From a phage: a stretch of 64,000 nt of DNA. The translations under genes were made by a program, and so were the position numbers. Positions within the stretch are counted from its first letter, which is position 1; every line of letters starts with the position of its first letter. The DNA lies in assembly GCA_026683435.1 (NCBI GenBank), contig GCA_026683435.1_4866.1, one strand, 5' to 3'. Of the stretch, positions 47,032 to 56,221 are shown piece by piece. Under the pieces are notes generated by a model that had not been told where the DNA came from, ran no database searches, and saw only the letters and a list, made by a program, of their open reading frames with translations.

Positions 47032-48069
47032 TTAGATAGCGACAGGCGCAGATATTTTTTCATGAGACTGATACCCAACGATCTCAAAATCTTCGAACTT
47101 ATAATCGAAGATAGAATCCGGTTTACGCTTGATGACCAGTTTCGGTAAAGGTAAAGGTTCGCGCGTCAGCTGCAATTTAGCCTGTTCCAGATGGTTGGAG
47201 TACAGATGTACGTCACCACCACTCCAAACGAAATCGCCTGGAACCATGTTAACTTGCTGAGCTACCATGTGTACGAGTAATGCGTAAGACGCGATGTTGA
47301 ACGGTGTTCCCAGGAAGAAGTCTTGGGAACGTGCATACAGCTGACATGAAAGAATGCGGCGAGGTATTTCAAGTGCGTCCATCTCAACGTGGAACACTGC
47401 GTCGTCTGCAACAGCTTCATTACTAAAGCGGGAATCGTTAAATTGATCTGGAAGGTTCTTTTCAAACCAATCAAGACGCTCGTCGATAGACAGCTCACGA
47501 GTGTAGAACTGAAAGAACGCATGACACGGAGCTAACGCCATTTGATCCAACTCACCCACATTCCATGCGCTGACAATAATACGGCGACTGTCAGGATCGT
47601 TACGCAGTTGGTCAATCACCTTAGAGATTTGGTCGTGTAGTTTCAGAAGTACACGCGCATCGAACATTTGTGAACCGTCGTCCGCGTCGCCATAATCCAC
47701 GTATCCTGCATCTTGCAGTTTCTCGAGTAAAGCTGCATTTTTCTTAGGCACCAGTTTCACATCTTTCCAACGTCTCCACTGTTCCCCATACAGGGGGCCA
47801 AGGTTCCCATTTTCATCTTGCCACTCCCGCCAAATGGTAACGCCGTTATCTTCCAGATATTTGGTGTTGGTATCGCCACTAAGGAACCACAGCAGTTCGT
47901 GAATAATAGAACGCAGGTGGAGTTTTTTAGTCGTGACTAGCGGGAAACCTTTGCGCAAATCAAAACGCATTTGGCGACCAAAGACGGAGAGCGTCCCTGT
48001 TCCAGTACGGTCGCCTTTAACATGCCCTTCATCCAGAATATTCTGCATCGTTTCAAGGTATTGCTTCAT
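47032..48069 (-). CDS. thyA: thymidylate synthase
   Basis: Near-identical blocks to E. coli ThyA (MKQYLE...[51 protein letters not shown], ends ISAPVAI); two insertions relative to E. coli. Confidence 0.92.
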   Translation of the reverse strand: MKQYLETMQNILDEGHVKGDRTGTGTLSVFGRQMRFDLRKGFPLVTTKKLHLRSIIHELLWFLSGDTNTKYLEDNGVTIWREWQDENGNLGPLYGEQWRRWKDVKLVPKKNAALLEKLQDAGYVDYGDADDGSQMFDARVLLKLHDQISKVIDQLRNDPDSRRIIVSAWNVGELDQMALAPCHAFFQFYTRELSIDERLDWFEKNLPDQFNDSRFSNEAVADDAVFHVEMDALEIPRRILSCQLYARSQDFFLGTPFNIASYALLVHMVAQQVNMVPGDFVWSGGDVHLYSNHLEQAKLQLTREPLPLPKLVIKRKPDSIFDYKFEDFEIVGYQSHEKISAPVAI

Positions 48070-48929
48070 TAGATACTATCCCTCTTTAAGCTTTCAAATA
48101 AGTAAAGTAGATCATCATTCATCACCACATTCACACCGCCATCTGTGTAGGCTGCGGTTATTTCAGGTACACGTTCGAACAGGATACGATTCCAGCGCAC
48201 TGAGTCACGAACATATTTGTCCAGCAGTTCGTTTAACGTAGTTGCGAGTGCAGCATTGATTGTCGGCAACTCGTCGCGTTTAAACGGCCGGTGGCAATAG
48301 GGCGCAAGGTGCGTAGCGACACAACTGTCCAGGACAGTCTGGAACATCAGACAGATGGCTGGCCCAGACATCTGTCTAGAACCAGGCAATTTATCGCCAG
48401 TAAAATCATCAGACGCGGGAACAAACAACCCGATGCCGTTCATTTCACCTTTCGTGTTGATTAGCACACGATGTCCGTTGTATATTACACGGCCGAATTC
48501 CAGGCCGCAGATACGCGCCAACATTCGGTATTGTCGCGCCAAACTATGCAGCTCGGTAACGTAGCTGTGGGGCTCGTGCTCATCTTGCAATATGAGTCCA
48601 ACCACTTCGGTGGCAACAACAAAAAGGTTATGAAGACGGAACTCTTTGGTGTTTCCCGTGGTGCGGTCTTTTATAGCTGCATCCAGTGGAATAACGAAAT
48701 CTCCCACGTTCGTGTGCTTGCCGAAGTGCAACAGACCAACGAACGCCCAAAGAGAGCGACCCATGGCCGCCGCCACTTTCAAGTTGTCCATCTTCTGCAC
48801 ACCTTCAGCGACGTCGCCTAATGTGCGATAGAACTTGGCAAGCTGCTGCTCGCGTGTCCCGTATTGGTAAATCTTCGCTTGCCGGTACCAATCATCAACC
48901 GCCTGAGTCTGCTGAATAATACTAAGCAT
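48069..48929 (-). CDS. hypothetical protein (~286 aa)
   Basis: ORF; start placed at ATG 48929 with AGGAGG RBS; stop overlaps the thyA start. Confidence 0.55.
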   Translation of the reverse strand: MLSIIQQTQAVDDWYRQAKIYQYGTREQQLAKFYRTLGDVAEGVQKMDNLKVAAAMGRSLWAFVGLLHFGKHTNVGDFVIPLDAAIKDRTTGNTKEFRLHNLFVVATEVVGLILQDEHEPHSYVTELHSLARQYRMLARICGLEFGRVIYNGHRVLINTKGEMNGIGLFVPASDDFTGDKLPGSRQMSGPAICLMFQTVLDSCVATHLAPYCHRPFKRDELPTINAALATTLNELLDKYVRDSVRWNRILFERVPEITAAYTDGGVNVVMNDDLLYLFESLKRDSI

Positions 48930-49341
48930 ACTCTTCCTCCTGATACGCGTAGCAGATTGCAAAGTTAAGCTGGCCGGTTGCGCGAGAAACGACAACGGCG
49001 ATAGTCTGGTCTTCTACACCCGACATCGGTGTGCCCTGGTTAACCATTTGACCTGCGGCTTTACTTACCGGACCCAGCAAACGCCAGCTGTACAGACGGC
49101 TACGTAACGCGGCGTTTTGTAAGAAAGCGGAGCCGCAATCATAGTCGACGTTAAACGCTGCAAACATTGGACCACAGTCCGCCATTGTGCCGTTTAACGG
49201 TAACTCGCTCGTCACCACGATTTTCACCGGCTTGTCTTTGAGACGTTGCGCTAACGCTTCCCAGTTAGCGTTATTAGTGCCAGCGACGATGGTGTTGTTC
49301 AGAAGTAAGCCAACGCCTTTTTCAAACGCGATATTGTTCAT
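48922..49341 (-). CDS. hypothetical protein (139 aa)
   Basis: ORF. Confidence 0.5.
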   Translation of the reverse strand: MNNIAFEKGVGLLLNNTIVAGTNNANWEALAQRLKDKPVKIVVTSELPLNGTMADCGPMFAAFNVDYDCGSAFLQNAALRSRLYSWRLLGPVSKAAGQMVNQGTPMSGVEDQTIAVVVSRATGQLNFAICYAYQEEEYA

Positions 49342-49389
49342 TATAGTTCTCCTTGGGGTCTTTTACATACGTACAGCCGTGGCCGTAAA

Positions 49390-49752
49390 TTATCGAAGAA
49401 TAAGAATTTGGCTACTGTCGTGCACATTGTACGTATTCATCCTGGGCTTGCTAGGCGGGTTGAATCCCATCAATAATTCGCACAATACACGACCAGGCTG
49501 CCCACTGAAGATAACCAGGTGTGTGGTGTCTTCGCCGTCTCCAAGTCGGGAGAAAGCAACGCGTGGTGATGCAGCTTGCGTGTAGAGTTGCAATAGTTGA
49601 AACTTACCTTCTGCGAAGGGAGCAAGTTTCTCTTTCCACTCGACCATAGATGTTTCGTCGAGTTCTAACGTGCGTACACGTCTCCCGTCACTATCCGGAA
49701 CACCACAAACAAACACGATTCCGTGACGATTAAAGAAGAAGCCGATTTGCAT
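49390..49752 (-). CDS. hypothetical protein (120 aa)
   Basis: ORF. Confidence 0.45.
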   Translation of the reverse strand: MQIGFFFNRHGIVFVCGVPDSDGRRVRTLELDETSMVEWKEKLAPFAEGKFQLLQLYTQAASPRVAFSRLGDGEDTTHLVIFSGQPGRVLCELLMGFNPPSKPRMNTYNVHDSSQILILR

Positions 49753-49770
49753 TTACATACTCCTTAAGAT

Positions 49771-49806
49771 AAAAAATAAAGATACCCTCTCCCGAAGGAG
49801 AGGGTA
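49771..49806 (-). terminator. intrinsic terminator taccctctcc-cgaa-ggagagggta plus T-run on minus strand
   Basis: 10-bp stem with CGAA loop directly after the stop at 49811; plus-strand A-run 49771-49780. Confidence 0.65.
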
Positions 49807-49810
49807 CGAC

Positions 49811-50473
49811 TTAGATGCGGGTTTCATTATCCCAGTAGTTCCGAATGACTTCCTGGGCTTCAGCATCAGACGGGTTGCCTGGAATAGCGTCTTCTACTGC
49901 AAACGGCAATACGTCCTTGATAGACGTCAGCTCAAATCGCTCAACTTCCAGTTCGACTTTTACCCATTCACCGAATGTCGTGGAGTCACGCAGTTCGTTG
50001 ACAAGGTCTTCGAAACCTGCCTGCGATTCGATAACTGGGTGACCTGCCAGTTTAAAGAACAGATCAATATCCCAATGCTTCGCACCTTGCTCTGCCAGTT
50101 CACCTGGTTCGAGTTTGATACGACGCACGAGATGTGCAAGATTGCCATCTTCGTAGAAGGTCAGACCCGAAGCAAACCCGATATCCGAGTTCTCTTCGAT
50201 ACGTCCGTCAGATGCTTGTCGTTTTAACGTTAAGACTGCGGTTTTATCGGTGGACAACCGCACACGACGTTTGCCGTTAACGACCGGCATGATGACATCC
50301 AGGAACGTTTCACCTGTCTGACCAAACAGCCATTGCCAACCTTCTTCAGTGGGTTTAACCCACATGCAATACTCACGTTCCTTCTCCGTAGAGATGGACT
50401 CACGCGCAACAGTAATGACTTCTTTTTCCTGCTGCTCGTCTAAGTTTTTGAGAATATCAAATAGTCCCATCAT
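49811..50473 (-). CDS. hypothetical protein (220 aa)
   Basis: ORF. Confidence 0.55.
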   Translation of the reverse strand: MMGLFDILKNLDEQQEKEVITVARESISTEKEREYCMWVKPTEEGWQWLFGQTGETFLDVIMPVVNGKRRVRLSTDKTAVLTLKRQASDGRIEENSDIGFASGLTFYEDGNLAHLVRRIKLEPGELAEQGAKHWDIDLFFKLAGHPVIESQAGFEDLVNELRDSTTFGEWVKVELEVERFELTSIKDVLPFAVEDAIPGNPSDAEAQEVIRNYWDNETRI

Positions 50474-51308
50474 CGATTCCTAGTTTCTTCAAAAGTTCGG
50501 TTCGATCAAACGTACTGTCCTCAGGATCGATATGTTCAGCTATCATCTCAATCAGATTTGGTAGCCAGTCCCAGTGTGCTGGGAATATCTTACGCCCTTG
50601 CATCATGTAATAATGCTTAAGCGGGATACGTGCTCGCAGAATCTCTGCAAATACATTACCTAACGATGTCCCGTCGACCGACAGTATAAAGAGTTTATTT
50701 ACCAGCGCATGGATAAAACGGCTTTCTGTAACCGGGGTAAATGAACCGGGCTTATAGCTGGTTCCTCCGTAGATTTCCGCTTTCAGATTACGACCTAACC
50801 GGATACAGTCGGTGCCATCCAGTGCACGCAACTTCTCAATATCAGGCCAGGTGTTCACTGCCTGTCGCATGATATCAAATTCCATCACCAAAGTGCGGTT
50901 ATCAATTTCACGCATTAAGTAATCCAGAATACGCAGGTAATGATAATAACCTTCGAGCGTCCGGAAAGGTCCGTGGGGGGTAACAAAATACTCACCAGGG
51001 CGAGCATAGAAGTTACTCGCCATCCGACCTATCTCAGTTCGCCCCTGCGAATAGATGTTGAAGTGATTCAGACCGTCTGTAGACGGCGTGATGTCCACCA
51101 AGGTACTCTGGTAACCCATACGCAGTAAATAGCGTACAAAGGCTTCCTTTTCTTCTGGTGGGAGGATGGGACGTAAAACAGGATATGTGGCTTCTACCGA
51201 GGCGGGCAACGTAAACCCAAAAGCAGCTGCCAAAGCATCCACCGATGCACCATCGACACGTAGACGTTCCAACGCACTACGCAAAAACTTACCTTCATCT
51301 TTCGACAT
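50457..51308 (-). CDS. hypothetical protein (283 aa)
   Basis: ORF. Confidence 0.55.
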   Translation of the reverse strand: MSKDEGKFLRSALERLRVDGASVDALAAAFGFTLPASVEATYPVLRPILPPEEKEAFVRYLLRMGYQSTLVDITPSTDGLNHFNIYSQGRTEIGRMASNFYARPGEYFVTPHGPFRTLEGYYHYLRILDYLMREIDNRTLVMEFDIMRQAVNTWPDIEKLRALDGTDCIRLGRNLKAEIYGGTSYKPGSFTPVTESRFIHALVNKLFILSVDGTSLGNVFAEILRARIPLKHYYMMQGRKIFPAHWDWLPNLIEMIAEHIDPEDSTFDRTELLKKLGIDDGTI

Positions 51309-51317
51309 AGAGGTACC

Positions 51318-52592
51318 TTACAAGGCGAAATAGCTCTGCACCAGCGTACTGGCAGACTGATATTGGACACTACCACCGGCGATAACGTACGGACGTTTCT
51401 CGGTGGTCAGGAGTGCTTGAATCGCATTACTGTTGGCGTACGTGTAAAGCTTAAGCTCAACCATTCCCGGATTCGTTTTAGAGATATCCCAGTTTGGATT
51501 AAGCGTTTTAAACAACGTCAACAGTCGTTGGCCGTAGGTGCTGTAACCCACACCCGGCTCAACGTTAAGGTTCATCAGAAGATTCTGAATAACAGTATCT
51601 GCAATCTCAGCACCTTGACCTGGCTGTAGTTTAGGCAAGTAATACTCAACAGAATTGAGATTACCCGCAGCCGCAGCCTGTATCATCAGTTCGCCGTACA
51701 ACGCTTGTTGTGCAACAGGATCGGTGATAGCCTGAATCATCGGATCGATGCGATTCGGCAGACCGTATTGATTGAGCTTCGTGGACATACCGTATATCAA
51801 CGCAGACGAGGTGTTGATATCCAGCGAGGAGAAATTTCCACTCCCGCCCGTAAAGCTATCAATGATCCCGTCGATAGACAAGAAGTCGTCCAGGTCCTTA
51901 AAGCTATCAAACGTGTGCGTAACATCGTCAATCAGTGCGGTGACTTGCCACTTGGCGCTATTGGCCATATCGACGTAGTTACCGATTTCACGCTGTACCT
52001 CACCAGGCAGTTTGGCAAGCTGTCCCGCGATGTTCATCGTGGATTCCAGGCGAGCTTTCACTGACGCATAATCTGTCCCGACCGCGCTTAAAGCGCTATC
52101 GCGAAGATCAGTCAGTGTATCCCATCCCTTACTTAACAGACTACCTGCGCCGCCCGGTGAGAGATAGCTCAGTGCAGTTTTCCCTTCCTGGTTTACCTTC
52201 TGAAAGGGTTCGGACACATCACGCTTCTGTGGATCGATAACTGGCAGCGCTTCTTTCGTGTTGGAAGCAAAAGTAGGCACACGTTGTGGCGGCGATACTC
52301 CGGAAGCCGCTGAACCTGCTGCCTTTTTACCACCCACCGTGACTTGGTCGCCACCCCCGAACACGTTACCAAATTTTTCACTTATCGTGTTGCCAATGTT
52401 GGAGATCTTGTCGAACGTCTCTCCGGCTTTAGCAGTTGCGTTATTGTACAAATTTTGAGCACTTTCAATACCGCGCTCGGCATTACCAATCGTTGACTGG
52501 ACACGGTTTTGAACATCGTTAACTTTGTTCTCTATTGCGCCCGTTGTGCTGCTTATCTGGTTGGTAATCCCATCAAGGTTGTTCAGTTTCAT
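51318..52592 (-). CDS. hypothetical protein (424 aa)
   Basis: ORF. Confidence 0.55.
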   Translation of the reverse strand: MKLNNLDGITNQISSTTGAIENKVNDVQNRVQSTIGNAERGIESAQNLYNNATAKAGETFDKISNIGNTISEKFGNVFGGGDQVTVGGKKAAGSAASGVSPPQRVPTFASNTKEALPVIDPQKRDVSEPFQKVNQEGKTALSYLSPGGAGSLLSKGWDTLTDLRDSALSAVGTDYASVKARLESTMNIAGQLAKLPGEVQREIGNYVDMANSAKWQVTALIDDVTHTFDSFKDLDDFLSIDGIIDSFTGGSGNFSSLDINTSSALIYGMSTKLNQYGLPNRIDPMIQAITDPVAQQALYGELMIQAAAAGNLNSVEYYLPKLQPGQGAEIADTVIQNLLMNLNVEPGVGYSTYGQRLLTLFKTLNPNWDISKTNPGMVELKLYTYANSNAIQALLTTEKRPYVIAGGSVQYQSASTLVQSYFAL

Positions 52593-53451
52593 TGGAACTC
52601 CAGAATCTATACGTCGCTAACGGAACGTTGTCGCTGACCTCATATTCTCTACCACTACGATGGCGAACTTTGAAAGTGATTTCGAACTCACGCACGTCCA
52701 GCGCTTGTAAGATTATTAGAAACCAACGCCAGGTGATTGCCTCGGTGTGACGCATCGCCTGTTTCATGTTGTTTCGTCTGTCCCCACGTTTGGATGATGT
52801 GCCTGGGCACAACTTAGGGTTGTTGACGTAGTTCGTCGTCCACCGTTCCAGTTTATCACCATCGATTTTATACCCACGAATAATTTTGTAGATTAAACGC
52901 AGGAGAATATGCTTCATCACATGTTCGATGGTGTGATCGATGTTCGCGATATACTCGTTAACGTCGTGAGATGCAGGATGCTCGAAACGCTCTTTACGTT
53001 TCTTCCTGTTCTCATTACGTAAGTTCTTAATGAAGTCCTCACGCACAAACGTACTGTCGAATACAAAACACTTCGTGTCAAAGCTTCCCCGCTTAGTCAG
53101 CATGGTGACTGTTAGCGTTTGCATCTCCAGGATAACTAATCCCTCGATGAAACGTTTCCACGTAAAATCGACTGTCAGGTTACGTACCGAACCACCCGTA
53201 AGTGAGGTGTTCAGCCGGTTAACGCGGTCAGTCATCGTGGTCAGTTTGCTGTCACGAAACTGTTTCAGATACTCCGGGTCGTTGACATGTTGACGGATAA
53301 GGTCTTTCCATATCCCGTCGCTAATACCCATCAACTTAACCAGATTCCAATAAGCATTCCTTAACGGGTAGCTGGTATCCGACGCTGGTGGCGTACCGTG
53401 CCAAATTTGCTCGCGTGTGCTATTCAGCGGCGGCTTTTTCTCATCATCCAT
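52573..53451 (-). CDS. hypothetical protein (292 aa)
   Basis: ORF. Confidence 0.55.
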   Translation of the reverse strand: MDDEKKPPLNSTREQIWHGTPPASDTSYPLRNAYWNLVKLMGISDGIWKDLIRQHVNDPEYLKQFRDSKLTTMTDRVNRLNTSLTGGSVRNLTVDFTWKRFIEGLVILEMQTLTVTMLTKRGSFDTKCFVFDSTFVREDFIKNLRNENRKKRKERFEHPASHDVNEYIANIDHTIEHVMKHILLRLIYKIIRGYKIDGDKLERWTTNYVNNPKLCPGTSSKRGDRRNNMKQAMRHTEAITWRWFLIILQALDVREFEITFKVRHRSGREYEVSDNVPLATYRFWSSNETEQP

Positions 53452-53484
53452 ACATCACCTTGTTACAAGGGAATAGATTAAAAG

Positions 53485-54015
53485 TTAGAGATAGTGTTCC
53501 ACTATCACTTCTAACTCGCGGAAGATATGTGCGGTTTGATTAAACAGCGTATCCTGCTCGGGTGTTTGTTTATCAAATGCACGCTGATACAGTTCTAACA
53601 TAGCGAAGACTGTGCGCAGTTTTTCGCGCGCGACTTCAGGATCGGATGCACCGAAATAGTGATCAAGCCATCGTGGTTCTGAACTCTCTCCTTTTCTATC
53701 GATTGCCTCAGGCAACTCTAACCAACGTTGATTGGGAATGTTGCTACTGGATACACGGTTATACTCAGAAATGAAGAATTCCAATCGCTCCACCAACGTG
53801 TCAAAATCTCGAATACGTAATTCGAGTTGTCCACGCAATGAAAAAGGAAGGTATTCTTTCCCATTATATTCCAGAGGCTCTGTAATGAGTTCTAAGCCCA
53901 CCATCACTCTGTGCAGGGTGTTATGGGTATTCTTATGAAACTCAGCCTCCAAAGAGCGTCTGCGAGCTTCTACAGCCTTACGACGCAGGAGTGTTGAAAG
54001 CCATTTAAAAAGCAT
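53485..54015 (-). CDS. hypothetical protein (176 aa)
   Basis: ORF; P1 motif 34-52 nt upstream. Confidence 0.5.
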   Translation of the reverse strand: MLFKWLSTLLRRKAVEARRRSLEAEFHKNTHNTLHRVMVGLELITEPLEYNGKEYLPFSLRGQLELRIRDFDTLVERLEFFISEYNRVSSSNIPNQRWLELPEAIDRKGESSEPRWLDHYFGASDPEVAREKLRTVFAMLELYQRAFDKQTPEQDTLFNQTAHIFRELEVIVEHYL

Positions 54016-54048
54016 AGGTGTTATCCTATTATGAGATGTTGTCTCGGA

Positions 54049-54077
54049 TAGATAATATCTGTCTGAGTTCTTTTTGA
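54049..54077 (-). promoter_or_regulatory. motif P1 (TAGATAATATCTGTCTGAG TTCTTTTTGA), copy 3, in a divergent intergenic region
   Basis: Between the minus start at 54015 and the plus start at 54092. Confidence 0.45.
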
Positions 54078-54091
54078 GATGAGGTTATCCC

Positions 54092-54562
54092 ATGAGCGAA
54101 GAAGTGAAATACCAAGCGTTCGACGGAGATGTGGACAACGAAGATTCGCTTCTCCGCCAAACACAACAGCTACGCGTTAAGCTCGTCACGGATATGGTGA
54201 ACGACGGTGAAGTACACAAAGACTTAAAAGCCGTCGACCGAATCGAACGCCTAATCAACGGCATCGACAAACAGGTCATGACGAAGCGGAAAATTAAAGC
54301 TGCTGAGAAAGGCGCTGAGGCGACTCAAGATTTGGCCAACAGTTTAAACGGCTTCTTAATGACCCGTGCTGGCGTTGGTATCAAACGTCACGATGATGAA
54401 GAAGATTTAAATAACGGATACCAACCCACCGTCCCACAGATTGCCGCAGTACGGCCTCCGAAAGAAGGTGAGTTGGCACCAGTAGGCGAAAAGATTGACG
54501 TTGACCAGATCATGGCGTCTGCGTTTGCGAGTCGTCGTCCTGCTGATGACGACGAAGACTAA
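54092..54562 (+). CDS. hypothetical acidic protein (156 aa, C-terminal DDDED)
   Basis: ORF with GAGGT RBS; 3-prime end overlaps the convergent gene 54510..55238. Confidence 0.5.
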   Translation: MSEEVKYQAFDGDVDNEDSLLRQTQQLRVKLVTDMVNDGEVHKDLKAVDRIERLINGIDKQVMTKRKIKAAEKGAEATQDLANSLNGFLMTRAGVGIKRHDDEEDLNNGYQPTVPQIAAVRPPKEGELAPVGEKIDVDQIMASAFASRRPADDDED

Positions 54563-55238
54563 ACAGCGCAGTGTCCTTTACGTCAGTACCGACGTATTGT
54601 GCAAGAAAACGGGTGGACTCCTTAAAGGGGTTCACCTTATCTCTTTTTATTTGCGCGATTGCTTCTTCCGTTAATTCGCTGGTCAGCATACTCGGTCGGG
54701 TAATCGTAAAATCCGGAATCGGTTTCTGGAAATGGTTCGCGTGTTGTTCTATCCACGGATACCAATCGTACATTATCCAACCATCCCATGCAGATGCAAG
54801 TCGTCCTGGTGTAAGATCGCTGTGAGGAATAACAACGACGTCTACTTGCACTTCGTTATAGTAGTAACGCAGTTCTTCCAAAAACGCATGACGTTCTTCA
54901 TCATCGAGATCAGCGTATGGCCACAGGTTAAACGTTAAGACAGGTCGCTCGATAGGAGCGTGCATCTGTATCGTCATTAACATTGCCTGTACTTCGTTCT
55001 TTAGCGTAAGCAACATTTCTGTTGGCTGCGCGTTCTGCAACGCGCGTTTATCACGCTCCGCGAACTTTTTATTCCAGTCCTGAATTCCTACCACTTCGGC
55101 CCACGCATCTGTGAACCGCATCCGATACACTTCTAAATCAAGCTTCTCTAATACATCAGGCTGCAGCACTTTCGCCCAACCAATTCGTGTATCGAAGATT
55201 GTGTCGATATCGACTAAGAAACGGCGTCCTAATCTCAT
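54510..55238 (-). CDS. hypothetical protein (242 aa)
   Basis: ORF. Confidence 0.5.
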   Translation of the reverse strand: MRLGRRFLVDIDTIFDTRIGWAKVLQPDVLEKLDLEVYRMRFTDAWAEVVGIQDWNKKFAERDKRALQNAQPTEMLLTLKNEVQAMLMTIQMHAPIERPVLTFNLWPYADLDDEERHAFLEELRYYYNEVQVDVVVIPHSDLTPGRLASAWDGWIMYDWYPWIEQHANHFQKPIPDFTITRPSMLTSELTEEAIAQIKRDKVNPFKESTRFLAQYVGTDVKDTALFSLRRHQQDDDSQTQTP

Positions 55239-55903
55239 TCCGGGCGTCCTAAGTTGTTACCGATGTGCATTGCTTTAAAGTACGAAGACCATGTACGCGG
55301 CGCTTTTGAACTAGTACGCTCAGCCCCTTCCAGGTTGATGCGACCTTTACCGGTTTGCCGTAGCGATTGATAGAACGCACGTTGTAACGTATCGTTACCA
55401 CCACGCGCCCACAGGAACTCCTGGAGCGTTGAGTCGTGTCCATCCGAGTACATGATGTACGCTTCTGGAAACGAAACACCCGAAGCTTTGGAAGGCCCTA
55501 CTACCTGACCTGAGAGTTTATCGCGGACTTTATCGTTCTTCGCCACCGCCATTTTCTTCTCATGCATCTGCGTCTGGCGACGTGCAGGCAGGCGGAAGAC
55601 TAAATGGGGGTAACGGGTACGTTGTAGGATACCGGTTTTCGGTTCCGTGAGCCACAGGCGCTGACACAAGCTCAGTCCCATCGCTTCGCAAATTTTAATA
55701 TTGCGCATATGGTCAATTTTGACCTTGCCACCAGTTGGGTTGTAAACAGGCAACCCTTCGCGCAGACGATTGAACTCTTCGTCAGACATTCGCGAGAAAG
55801 CGCGCTTGGCAGCTTCCGCGTTAATCCCGGTCGGGTCAACTAAGTTCAGTAACTGTAAAGCATAAGCTTCTGCTTTTTTTCGCCGTGCCGGGTCTAATCT
55901 CAT
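55235..55903 (-). CDS. hypothetical protein (222 aa)
   Basis: ORF, ATGA-coupled. Confidence 0.5.
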   Translation of the reverse strand: MRLDPARRKKAEAYALQLLNLVDPTGINAEAAKRAFSRMSDEEFNRLREGLPVYNPTGGKVKIDHMRNIKICEAMGLSLCQRLWLTEPKTGILQRTRYPHLVFRLPARRQTQMHEKKMAVAKNDKVRDKLSGQVVGPSKASGVSFPEAYIMYSDGHDSTLQEFLWARGGNDTLQRAFYQSLRQTGKGRINLEGAERTSSKAPRTWSSYFKAMHIGNNLGRPE

Positions 55904-56175
55904 TTTTTCATCCTCTCGCGGAGCACTGGAAGAACCACACGTTCCAGGTCTTCAATCCAGTACGGGATATCTTCATTGTGTTCAGGCACACCGACCGCAT
56001 CAACCTTCGGTTTATCATTAATCAGGTTGCCGTAATGGGCATTTACCTGATGACTAAATTCAGACAGTGCATGTCGCGGTGCTGAGAACTCGTTATGGAA
56101 CGCGGTGCTAAGTTCCTGGCTAATACCAGCGAGACCCAGACACAGACGCTCTACAATATCTTTCTGATAACGCAT
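55900..56175 (-). CDS. hypothetical protein (91 aa)
   Basis: ORF, ATGA-coupled. Confidence 0.4.
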   Translation of the reverse strand: MRYQKDIVERLCLGLAGISQELSTAFHNEFSAPRHALSEFSHQVNAHYGNLINDKPKVDAVGVPEHNEDIPYWIEDLERVVLPVLRERMKK

Positions 56176-56190
56176 CGCTAATCCTCAGGG

Positions 56191-56216
56191 GGAAAAAACA
56201 GGCGGGTTGCCCCGCC
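56191..56216 (-). terminator. hairpin ggcggg-ttgc-cccgcc with T-run on minus strand
   Basis: GC stem just past the stop at 56222; plus-strand A-run 56193-56199. Confidence 0.5.
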
Positions 56217-56221
56217 CATGC

